A DNA stretch of 64,000 nt, taken from the NCBI RefSeq assembly GCF_009834535.1, contig NC_045697.1:85996001-86060000 (forward strand), given 5' to 3'. Below, in pieces: positions 13,681-24,241 of the stretch. Source of the DNA: Camelus ferus (lineage: Eukaryota). The position numbers and the translations under genes are program-made. The notes under the pieces are model-generated. The model did not search any database. It was not told the origin of the DNA and saw only the letters and a program-made list of their open reading frames with translations. The number at the start of each line of letters is the position of its first letter. Position 1 is the stretch's first letter.

Positions 13681-15229
13681 AGAGAACATAAAAAAAGTGC
13701 AAAATATCAAAACCAAATCATGTTTCCCCTTTGGAGGGATAACCTCTCTTTTAGAAGGTGTAAACAGGGAATTCCAAATAGAAGGAGACTTCACATCACA
13801 CAAGCAGGATAAAAGTACATATTTCCAAGTACTTTCCAAAAACTACCTTTGAGAAAAGAAATAACTCCAGCCCTGGGCCATAATAAATACCCACAAATTC
13901 TTAGCACAAGCCCTGCCCTGTCTCTCAAGCTGGACTTGGGCAGGAAAATCAACATTCAACCCTCCTCACTTCGGACACTGCTCTGTTCAGCAAACACACT
14001 CTGCAGGCAGCAGACCCTCCCGCGCGGCAGACAGGCGGGGGGCAGGGCAGAGTCAAGGGCAGTGGGCGGGACTTGGCTCCACGCGTGACTCAGCGTCCAG
14101 GAATCCCACGAGGACAAGGACGAGGAGAAGGGGTTTTGGCATAGAAGGGAGACTAAAAAGGAAAAAACATATTGACAAGGCCTTCACAGTTGGGAACTGG
14201 GGCTGCCTGACACACAGGTGGGATCTGCTGCTGGGGCAGAGAGGGAGCGTTGGGCACAATTTAGCCAAGACTGGGGCAGGCCAGGGGCCTCCGCGTGACA
14301 CAGCGGGGAAGCAATTAGGGACAAGGGCACCTCGCTGCCCTCTGGTGGGGAAGTCAGAAAAGGCAAAACCAGTAGGCTCCCTGAAGCAGAAAGACCTCCT
14401 AGTGTTGGGGGAAAACCATTCTGCACCAATTAAATACAGACACCAGATTCCTCACCAGGTCTCCCAGGTCCTTCCATCGCCCGGAAGCTCAGCGCCCTTT
14501 ATGCTTCACCTTTTCCCTGGAATGAGATCCTGACTCATGGAACGTGGTTTATAGGGTCTTCACTATTTCCCCCCAAAACACAAATCACAAATGCCCCTAA
14601 CTTTCTTAGGGACACATAGCCACCCCACCCCTGGCACACCCACTGCCCCCGCCCCCAGCGCTGCCAATGCTTCCCTGGGGTTGTAGCTCAGATGCCATCA
14701 CCTTCCCAAGTCTTCCGTAACCAACCCCCCACCCCCAGTCTGCCTGTCTACGGGTTCCCCAACACCACTGTACCTGCTTCTATGGTAAGCCTTGCCTCCG
14801 GGTTGTGACTGCCTACTGATATTTTTTTTTAACTATGAAATATCCCCCAAAAAGGATACTTGTTACCAATCAAACGTTGTTAAAATTCGTATCTTGTTAA
14901 CTCAACAGATTTTTAAATAAAGAAATAAAATGCTGTAGACACAGGATAGTATTACTGTTGTTATTCTCGCTTACGTATCTTAGTCATTTCTGTGTCTAAT
15001 CATAATCAAAAACAGTATGTTGTATTTCTTCATATGTTTCAAACTTAATATAATCAGTAATATTCTCTGCATGCTCTTTAGCAATTTTTTCACTCTGTTT
15101 TGACATTACATTAATGAAGAAATTAAGATCACGAAGAAAACATCAAAAAAAATGAATGCAATTGACAACATTAAAATAAAAAACGCTGAGTGATAAAATA
15201 TTACATAAATGAAGTTAAAACACAAGCTG

Positions 15230-16121
15230 CTAACTGTAATTACTTCTTTTAAACATACATTACTCTTTCAAAGATATTCATGTTCATAATTTCTAGTCAA
15301 GTTTTTCTAATATGTTTACAATAAAGAGTCTCCCATCTTACTTGCTACCACTATTAACTTCCATTCTCTAGATTTTCTCAACTCTTTTAAATACTTTTCT
15401 TATCTGAAACTGACCTCCACATTTTTAAATAACTTGCTTTCTTTCAGGATAGTAGCTATTGACTCCATACCGTGGAAGATAGTAATATGAACTTTACATA
15501 CACTCTCTTGCTCCCTCTTTCTCTACCATGACAATAGTTATATCTGGTTGGAACAATATTCAGTGCTCACATTATCATGATTACATAAATATAACTCACA
15601 GAACAGCCATGGTAATGTCTTCTGATTTCACTTTCTTTCATCTATCAATTTTCATTTTCCCTCGTCTCCACTGTCATCATTGGTTTCATTGCTTATATGT
15701 TTATATTTTAGTGATCTGTAAACTCTTCCCCTCAAAAAGAAATTTCTTTAATACACTCAGACTCACCAGGAAATATACACATGCACACACACGTATGTAT
15801 GCATGTACTTTCCCCTGGATATATTTTCCAGATTTCCCTTCTGGAGCACTCTCTCCTCCCTGTCTGGTCCAGTTCTATATCTGCTACCAGCTTTCCACTT
15901 GGGACTTCCCCTCACTGTTCTCCTGGACTACAATGACCTACTCATCCCAGTTTGCTAGGGACTGGCTCAGTTTTAAGGTTGACAGTCCCACATCTGGTAC
16001 CCATTCTGGCCCAGGCAAACTGGAACAATTGGTCACCCTACCTGGGCATCCTTTTGCCTCACTCCTGTTTTTAGGTCCTTTTGACTGGATCCTATGTCTT
16101 CTTGGTTTATTTCCTTATTTT
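15230..16121 (-). mobile_element. Old L1 (L1M-type), left part of the element hosting the provirus
   Basis: T-rich antisense L1-like sequence that continues across the provirus TSD; boundaries approximate. Confidence 0.5.
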
Positions 16122-16125
16122 GTAG

Positions 16126-16676
16126 TGTTGTGGAAAAATGTGTTACAGCTCAGTGTTACAGCTCAGTTGTGACAGCAACCTGGATCCAGGCGAGAGACCA
16201 AGCAGCACTCGGAGAGTTGGAGAACTAGGTTTATTACGCCAGCAGGCACAGAGGAGTTAACATTTCAAGCTCCAGACTCTGTCTGTAGGTTTACACAGGA
16301 CTTTTATAGGCTGCCAGTTTTACACTTTGCAACATCATATGCAAATAAAGTACAAAAGAAGTTGACCAACCAGGAACAAGCTTTGTAGAAATAGACCAAT
16401 CAGGAGTGAGCTCCATGCAAATGAAGTACTACAAATGGACCAATCAGAAGTTAGGGAAGTGGATCAATAAGTGAGAGTAATAACCAATCAGGAGTGAAGG
16501 AAATAACCAATCAGAAGTGAGCTCAGGGAACCAATAGAATTCTAGATGTAAGTTAGCCGCTTTAGAGGCAAAAAGTGAGATAGAGCTTCTGGGCCAGGGA
16601 ACTGGGTGGTGCCAGGAGGAGAGCAGCAGCCCTGCCCAGGGGTCCTGCTGGTCTTTTTATGGGGCTTCCCGCCTCA
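16126..16676 (-). repeat. 3' LTR (551 bp)
   Basis: Aligns with 23695-24237. On the minus strand: TATAAAA at 16302-16308 and AATAAA at 16230-16235. Carries a 13-bp tandem duplication of TGTTACAGCTCAG. Confidence 0.97.
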
Positions 16677-16688
16677 TTCCCCCCTTTT
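16677..16688 (-). other. Polypurine tract
   Basis: Minus strand AAAAGGGGGGAA immediately before the TG of the 3' LTR. Confidence 0.92.
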
Positions 16689-16738
16689 GATGCTCTCTCT
16701 AACATCTGTAGTGAGCATCAACCTTAGAGTGGTGTCCC

Positions 16739-17200
16739 TTATTCATCATTGGGTTCTACCTGGTCCAGGGGCCTGTACTGAGTAATTAGTAGCTGTAGTC
16801 ATAGTGATACTATTTGTAAGCTACTGAAACGGGTAATGAGATTAAGGATGCAGGGACCAAACAGCAGTGCTAGAAGGATCATAAGGAGGGGGCCTGCTAG
16901 GGGGAGGAGCCAGGAGGCCCAACTCCAGTTGCTATCCCTAGCCCAATGAGTAGTGGTATTAATTGGGTGGCCCTTTTTGATCAATTTTGGGCCTTCAGGG
17001 GTACAGTTCCTATAGCAGACACTGACCGTTAGGCTTTCTATTGTAGACGGATAGAGTACAGCTGGTATTAGTTTCTGGCCTATGTTCCAATCCTGGGGTG
17101 CAGTGGCTATCAGTCCTATAACTAGTAATAAAGTAACAATGCTCAATAAAATAAAGAAAGGGCAGCAGTTCTTTTTACGTCTTGACTGGTGGTTCCTCAG
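16739..17200 (-). pseudogene. env: env remnant: leader/signal and start of SU fused in frame to the TM anchor and cytoplasmic tail
   Basis: Hydrophobic FFILLSIVTLLLVIGLIATA, gamma-type anchor WLLPLAGPLLMILLALLFGPCILN, and tail ...QYRPL...NDE* beyond an internal TGA at 16799-16801. No furin site, fusion peptide, ISD or CX6CC. Confidence 0.85.
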
Positions 17201-20200
17201 GCTTCCACCGTGCGTTGACTAGCCAGCTTCCGGGTGTGGCTAGAGCAAGGCTTGGTGCTCTCCAGTAGGTGAGGTGGGCGTTTCTGAATCCTGATTTTAA
17301 GAGGCTCTCCGGGAACCTGGGCGACTCTCCAGATGTCCTCGTCTCGTGGTGGTGTTGCTCTCTTTACTCTGGTGTGATGAATCCACGGGGTGATACCTGC
17401 AACTTTTAGAGCTGTTGGGGTGGTTAATATAACTGGGTAGGGGCCCTTCCAAGTGAGTTTGAGGGGATCCCTTTTCCAATCTTTCACCAAGACTTGGTCC
17501 CCAGGTTCATATGGGTGTAACATTGTTCCCAGTGAAACTGGGATTCTGTCAGTTACCCACCTATGGATTTCTCGCATAGTCTTTCCAAGGCCCTGTATTT
17601 GTTTATGAAGTTCTAAGCTTCCCACTTCCTTAATACTTTCCCCTAGTCTAATTAAAGGAGGGGGTCTCCCATACAGGATTTCAAAAGGGGAGAATCCTAT
17701 CTTGGATCGAGGGGCACAGTGTACCCACAGAAGAGCCAGGGACAGAATGTCAGTCCAAGGTAGCTGAGTTTCCTGACTGAATTTTGCCATAACTTGCTTT
17801 AGGGTTCAGTTCATGTGCTCTACTTTCCCTGAGCTCTGGGGCCTGTAGGCTTCATGTAGATTCCAGTGGATGTGTAGCGCTTCTGCCACTTGTATTATTT
17901 CTGCCACAAATGCAGGTCCATTTTCTGACCCTATGGTCAATGGCATCCCGAATCTGGGAATAATGTCTCTGAGTGAGGCCTTTGTTACTTTCCTTGCTTT
18001 CTCTGTCCGTGTTGGGTATGCCTCCACCCATCCTGAAAAAGTGCAGACAAAAACCAGTAAGTATTTGTATCCTCTGCTAGGCCCTATTTCTGTGAAATCC
18101 ACTTCCATAGCTTCTAAAGGAGCCTGGCCACAGCGCTGGATTCCCTTTGGTCCAACTGGCCCCTGTTTTGCATTGTTCTGGGCCCATACAAGGCAGCACT
18201 GTGAGACTGAGGCACAGAGGGAAGGAAGTCGAGCGATCAGATAGTATCGATCCAGCAGGGCCCCAAGGCAGTTTTTCCCAAGTGGGTGAGCTCATCCTGC
18301 TGGAGGACCACGTGATGGGCTAATTGTTCAGGTATGTATATCCGTTTGTCAGGCATCACCCACCATCCTTCCTTTCCTTTGATTCCTCCTTCAGTCCTGG
18401 CCCATAAGTTTTCCTCTCAGCTGTATTCCGGAGGCGTTGGCAGTTCAGGTGCTAGCAGAACCTTCGCAATGGTCCCAGAATCTCTGGTGTGGCCAGATTG
18501 ACTTGCTGCTTCTTGCGCAGCCTGTTCTGCCAGTCGGTTTCCTCTGCTTACAGGGTCATCTCCCTTCTGATGTCTCTTGCAGTGGATGACGGACACCTCC
18601 GCCGGCTCCCAAACTGCCTCTAACAGTTGTAATATCTCGTCTTTATTTTTGATCTCTTTTCCTCCAGCTGTTAATAGACCCCTTTCTTTATATACAGCAC
18701 CATGTATATGCAGGGTAGCGAAGGCGTACTTAAGAGTCCGTATAAATGTTGACCCGCTTTCCTCTTCCTTCTCATAATGCCTGGATGAGTGCCCCTATTT
18801 CTGCCCTCTGTGCCGACCATCCCTGTGGTAGAGATTTGGCTTTTATTATCTCGTGTGCTGTGGTCACCGCATATCCTGCCTTACATTGTCCATCCTGCAC
18901 ATAGCTGCTTCTGTCTGTAAAAAGTTCAAGTTCAGAGTTCTGGAGTGGAACATCAGACAGATGAGGCCTGCTTGAGTAGACTTCCTCGATTATCTTCTCA
19001 CAGTCGTGGTCAGGTGGGCCCTCTCCCTCAGGCAGGAAGGTGACTGGGTTCAAGGTTCATACCATCTCCAGGTGGATCCTGGGGTTTTCACAAAGGAGCC
19101 CTTGGTAACGTGTCATTCTAGTGTTGGTTAGCCATCGGTGCCCCTGGCTGTTCATTAGGGTGGTGACTGCTTGTGGAACCTTCACGTTGACAGTCTGTCC
19201 AAGGGTGAGCTTGTCTTCTTCCTTGACTAGAGTTATTGTAGCAGCCAACCCTCATAAGCATGGTGTCCACCATGAAGCTACAGGGTCCAGACACTTTGAC
19301 AAATAGGCCACGGGCCGCTGCCATGGCCCCACTGCTTGGGTGAGAACCCCTAGGGCTGTATGATTCTTCTCATGGACGAACAAGTTGAATTCTCTTGTCA
19401 CATCTTGTAGTCCCAGGGCTGGGGCCCTGGTTAGTAGTCTTTTGATCTTATTAAATGCTTCTTCCTGCTTGGGTCCCCAGTCCGAGGGTTCTTTCCCAGA
19501 TCCAGCAGTGGCTTCATACAGGGGCTTGGCTATGTCTGAGAAACCAGGGATCCGGATTTGGCAGAACCCTGCTGCCGCCAGGAATTCTCAGATCTCTCTT
19601 GGTGCCTGGCCATGGTATTGCACAAATGGCTTGTTTTCACTCTGGGCCCAAAGCTCGGTGTCCTTCTGAGACAATGAACCCGAGATACTTAACTGTCCTT
19701 TTACAAACTTGTGCTTTTTCCAGGAAACCTTATAGCCAGCATCTGATAGCAGAGCTAACAGGGCCTGGGTTCCCTTCCAACAGTCCTTTTGATTGGGGCT
19801 GCCTAATAACAGGTTGTCTACATACTGTAGCAGGGTGCAGTTTAGAGCTTCTCCTGGGAAGGCAGTTAAGTCTGTGGCCAGTGCTTCTCCAAACAGGGTG
19901 GGTGAGTTTTTAAAACCCTGAGGTTAGCGAGTCCAGGTTAACTGAGTTTTCCTGCCCATATGGGGGTCCTCCAAGTCGAAGGCAAATATTTGGTGCCAGC
20001 CTGAGGCAGAAGAAAGCATCTTTGAGGTCTAGGCAGGTGAACCATTTGGCTTGGGCCAGTAGGAGGCTTAAAAGAGTGTATGGATTTGGGACCGCCAGAT
20101 GTGTTGTGATTATAGCATTGTTAACTACTCGCAGATCCTGCACTGGCCTATAGTCTTTTCCTTCCGCCTTTTTGACAGGCAGGAGGGAGTTGCTCCATGG

Positions 20201-20842
20201 AGACTGGCACTCTATGAGAATTCCCTCATCACGCAAACGCTGGATGTGCTTCTGAATTCCCAGGCGGGCTTCTCTGGGTATAGGGTACTGTCGCAGCCTG
20301 GATGGAGTTGCACCTGGTTGTAGTTCTATTACCAATGGTGCATGGTTTTGGGCCAGTCCAGGGGGGTCCCCCTTCTGCCCAGACGGAGGGGAATTCTCAC
20401 AGAGAGTCAGGGTTTGTCTGGGCGCTTTCTGTTTGGTATAGGCGCCATTCTTCTTCTCAGGGCACGGTCACCATCATGAGCAAGGCTTCCTTTCCCCTCA
20501 GAGTTAGACGTGTTTGCTTTCCAGGAGATAATGTTATCTGGGCCCCCAGTTTACGAATTAAGTCTCTTCCCAAGAGGGGGATGGGGCATTCTAGTAGGTT
20601 GAGAAACTCATGAGTCACTAAACATCCTCCCAGCTGGCATGATCATGGATGGCAAAATGGGCGAGCAGCTTTGTCCCTGCTGGTTCCTATGATAATCGCC
20701 TTTTTCTCAGTCAAGGGGCCACAGGTTTGGTTACCACCAAATGTTTTGCACCTGTGTCCACCATAAATGTCATCGGTTGACCCCCTACCAACATCTTGAC
20801 CATGGGCTCCCGGGGGCCCAGGTGCAGGGAGCCCGGTCTTCC
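17197..20842 (-). pseudogene. pol: pro-pol (protease, RT, RNase H, integrase), disrupted
   Basis: PR motif FMVDTGA; RT motifs LDLKDAFF, WTR*PQGFKNS (premature TAA) and LQYVDN (YVDD mutated); RNase H LFTD and SAQRAE; IN VDFTE, GSENG (second catalytic D changed to E) and GKVE; GPY/F module WKGPY. Several frameshifts. Confidence 0.95.
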
Positions 20843-20845
20843 CTA
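20779..20845 (-). promoter_or_regulatory. gag UAG readthrough signal with MLV-type pseudoknot
   Basis: TAG, 8-nt spacer GGAAGACC, stem 1 GGGCTCCC/GGGAGCCC, stem 2 GGCCCCC/GGGGGTC, 18-nt loop 2. Confidence 0.85.
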
Positions 20846-22406
20846 GTCTGAGTCCAGCCCTGCCAATCCGATGAGACTCCTCGGAGGAGACTCGGGTTGG
20901 TACTTTTCTTTGCTGGCTGGAGGTTTTCTCTTTGGTAGGTTTTTTGTTTCTCCACGATTAGGACTTTCATTTTTCCAGTAACCAACCTTCTTACAGTATG
21001 CATATTGGTCTTGCCTCAGGGAGGGCCCCGCACGGGTCCCCCCTTTCCGCGTTGAGGTGGGATGCTGGTTTGGGTAAGAGTTCCCTAGTGCTGCTGCCAG
21101 CAGGGATGCTTTCTGTTTTGTTCATCTGTCTGCTTCTTGTCAGGCTTCGTGGTCTTGGTTTATGAAGACTTTGTTGGCCACCTCCAGCAGTTGAGTGGAA
21201 TTCATTCGAGCAAAACCTTCCAGTTTTTGAAGTTTTCGGTGGATGTCGGCGTAGGATTGGGCCACAAAAGCAGCATTGACCATCTGCTGGTTTTCAGGGG
21301 CTTTGGGGTCAAATTGGGTATAGATCCGAAAAGCTTCGCATAGCCTCTCATAGAAGTCCATGGGGGACTCGTCTGGCTTTTGGATCACTGTGGTGGTCTT
21401 AAACACGTTGGTTGGTTTCTTTGCCCCAGCTCGCAACCCATGCAGGAGAGCTCTCCAATATGTCTGCAGAGTCTCTTGTCCATCTTGGGTGTTAAAATCC
21501 CAGTTTGGCCTTTTTTCTGGGGCTGCATTTTGGGCCCACCCTTCTGCACCCATGGTTCTCTCTGGAGCTTGCTCTTGTAGCCATTTTTTTGTTTCTGTCA
21601 GGTTACGCTTTCTTTCTTCAGTATTGAAGAGCAGCTGACGGATGTCGTCCCAAGTTGGCTGGTGGGTCTGGAAGATAGACTCTACGAGGTCAATCATGGC
21701 CTGGGGTTTTTCTGAATACGGAGGAGTGTGGTATCACCAGTTCAGGTCTGTTGTACTGAAAGGCTGGTAGTACAGGATGGAGTGTCTGGAGCCATCATCG
21801 TTAATGAGTTGGGGCCCTTGGGTTTCCCAGAGAGGCATCTGGAGGGCAGTCGCTGGCTGGCTGGTTTTTTGGGCTGAATGGAGTCTCCTCCCTATGGGTT
21901 CCTGGCTTGGAGTCTGGGGTTGTGGCGGTGGGGACACAGGTGGAGGTGGGCTATCAGATAGAGACGGTTGTGGTGGCACCGTAGAAGAAAGAATATATGG
22001 CGGGGGCATTATTGGTTCTTTTTCAGGAAAAAAGAATTGGCTTTGTTGCACCTTCTTTTTTTATTTTCACTGTCTGGGCCGCGAGGATCTTACATTGCCT
22101 CTTACCATTTGTGCAGAACCGGATACATGAGGGCAAGGTTTGGGCAATTGTTAGCCAGGAGTCAATATATGGGAATTGGTTGGGGCGCCCTGGGGTCCCA
22201 GTAATCATTCTGTACCTGGCCCGGATAGTTGGCAAGTCAAGTGTGCCTTCTGAGGGCCATCCCACTCCAAAGGTAGGCCATTCTAACTCACACAATGTGC
22301 ACAATTTTCCTGGTGACAATTTAATCCCATGGTCTCCTGAGGAACCCTTTTTGAAATTTTTAATCATGCAGTCCAGAACTGTCGGCTTTGATTTTGAGGC
22401 TCCCAT
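20843..22406 (-). pseudogene. gag: gag (MA, late-domain region, CA, NC), frameshifted
   Basis: Myristoylation-type start MGASKSKPTVLDCMIKNFKKG, PPPY late domain, CA motif THQPTWDD, MHR QKPDESPMDFYERL, degenerate zinc knuckle (YAYCKKVGYWKNES), TAG stop at 20843-20845. Confidence 0.95.
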
Positions 22407-23124
22407 TATTGATTGACAGATTTTGTGGCCAATAGGCATGGGTCTGCTTCTGGCACTGTAGGCTGTGACCCCAGTACCTGTTTTTCACTCCTCAAAAACA
22501 GTGGAGTTCTCAAAAAGCCTGCTGCCTCACTGAGCCTAATATTTTCCCGTTTGGCTGCAAGTCCTGCCAATGAGTTAGGGTTTCACGTTAGGGAGCTGTC
22601 CCTGATGCTCTTCCGGGCCTGGACAAGCTTCAGGGGGTCCCTGTGTAGTCTTTTTATAGTCTGATTCAACAAAATGTGAGGTTGGGATGGCCGGCCAGTG
22701 GTAGGATAAATGGACCACAAGGGGACCTTAAAAGAGGATCCCGGACAGTCCTGGGGTGGTTCCCACTGGCTTAGGTCTTGTGGTTGTAATTATAGACAGA
22801 AAAGTAGTATTGAGGCTAGTTTATTAATTGTGCCAGGATATTCCGGGGTACTAGTGACAAGGTCGTGTCTGAAACTCTTTAATGTAGTCTCATCTTAGTC
22901 CCTAAGGGCACAGGGGTCATTTACTTATAGGCTGTTCTATGTCCCTTTCCCTCCCCGTGTAGCCACCCTGTGCCAGTGTCGCAAACAAGACAAAGGGAGG
23001 GTTTTTGCTGCATCCACCTGGCCGCTCCCCTCGCGGGGACGAAGGTGCCTCTTAGCTTTGGTGGGTCAGCATAAACCGCTGACTCCGATTGGTACCCCGA
23101 GGGGCCGATACCGCCATGAGCCAT
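22406..23124 (-). pseudogene. Putative pre-gag ORF (~240 codons, decayed)
   Basis: ATG at 23124 opens 67 codons. After one frameshift near 22925, 172 codons run in a single frame with three stops and end in a TAA overlapping the gag ATG. Confidence 0.55.
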
Positions 23125-23672
23125 ATGAGGTCACCACAGAACTGCAGGTTGGGACTCACTCAAACTCCGTAGCAGAATGCCGTGGAGCTACAAACTCAAA
23201 CCTGATCGCACGCTTTTCAGGACACACACACAAACACACAGAGATAATTTGCACATTCCCTCCCTATCACTGGGGCACCCCTTATCTAACCTAATCTAAC
23301 CAGATCTCCCCGTCGGACTACTGTCTGGCGGGGAGCATAACCTGATCTCCCCATCCGGATTACTGTCAGGCAGAGAGCCTGAAGAAGGTGATCAGTCTTC
23401 TCTTCTGTCCACTTGGGCAGAACCTGATTACCCTAACCTAACTATGGACGCTTCTCAGGACTCCTACCTTATTCAGCCGTATTGCTTGGTGAGTTGGTCC
23501 ATCCCTCCACTGAGTCCGGTTGGAGCACAGCTGCCTGGAGGACTGAATCACCTCCGCGAAGAAAGACCCGGAATATTGTCAGGTGGCGCACCTTCTCGTT
23601 CACTTTCAGAGCTCCTGACCTCCAGGTGGTTGCTCCACCGTCCTGATAGCTCAAGGGGCTGGCGTGGATGGA

Positions 23673-23690
23673 ATCTCACTGGGGCCTCCA
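23673..23690 (-). other. Primer binding site, tRNA-Thr
   Basis: Minus strand TGGAGGCCCCAGTGAGAT, 4 nt inside the 5' LTR boundary; 17/18 complementary to the recalled tRNA-Thr(TGT) 3' end ATCTCGCTGGGGCCTCCA. Confidence 0.8.
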
Positions 23691-23694
23691 GAAA

Positions 23695-24237
23695 TGTTGT
23701 GGAAATATGTGTTACAGCTCAGTTGTGACAGCAACTTGGACCCAGGCGAGAGACCAAGTAGCACTCTGAGAATGGGAGAACTCAGGTTTATTACACCTGC
23801 AGGCACAGAGGAGTCAACACTTCAAGCTCTGGACCCTGTCTGTAGGGTTACACAGGCCTTTTATAGGCTGCCAGTTTTACACTTTGCAACATCATATGCA
23901 AATAAAGTACAACAGAAGTTGACCAACCAGGAACAAGCTTTGTAGAAATAGACCAATCAGGAGTGAGCTCCATGCAAATGAAGTTACTACAAATGGACCA
24001 ATCAGAAGTTAGGGAAGTGGACCAATAAGAAGTGAGAGTAATAACCAATCAGGAGTGAAGGAAATAACCAATCAGAAGTGAGCTCAGGGAACCAATAGAA
24101 TTCTAGATGTAAGTTAGCCGCTTTAGAGGCAAAAAGTGAGATAGAGCTTCTGGGCCAGGGAACCAGGCGGTGCCAGGAGGAGAGCAGTGGCCCTGCCCAG
24201 GGGTACTGCTGGTCTTTTTACGGGGCTTCCCGCCTCA
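23695..24237 (-). repeat. 5' LTR (543 bp)
   Basis: TG...CA termini, six CCAAT boxes, two ATGCAAAT octamers, TATA at 23859-23865, AATAAA at 23787-23792. Confidence 0.97.
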
Positions 24238-24241
24238 GTAG

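Larger units (their letters stand above)
16126..24237 (-). mobile_element. Class I (gammaretrovirus-like, HERV-E/ERV3/HERV-T-like) endogenous provirus; defective, env internally deleted
   Basis: Paired LTRs with TG...CA termini, 4-bp TSD GTAG (16122-16125 and 24238-24241), PBS, PPT, and gag-pro-pol-env homology in order. Confidence 0.97.

Noticed and set aside
15528..16172. 214-aa plus-strand ORF
   Set aside because: Runs through old antisense L1 sequence and into the LTR; no recognisable protein motif.
17197..22406. Replication-competent or domesticated gag/pol
   Set aside because: Frameshifts, stops and mutated RT, IN and NC motifs.
17870..22898. Plus-strand ORFs inside the provirus
   Set aside because: Antisense shadows of gag, pol and the leader; no evidence of an antisense gene.
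23940..24100. Regularly spaced ACCAATCAG repeats resembling a CRISPR array
   Set aside because: These are U3 CCAAT enhancer repeats in a mammalian LTR; the spacers are related to each other and there are no cas genes.
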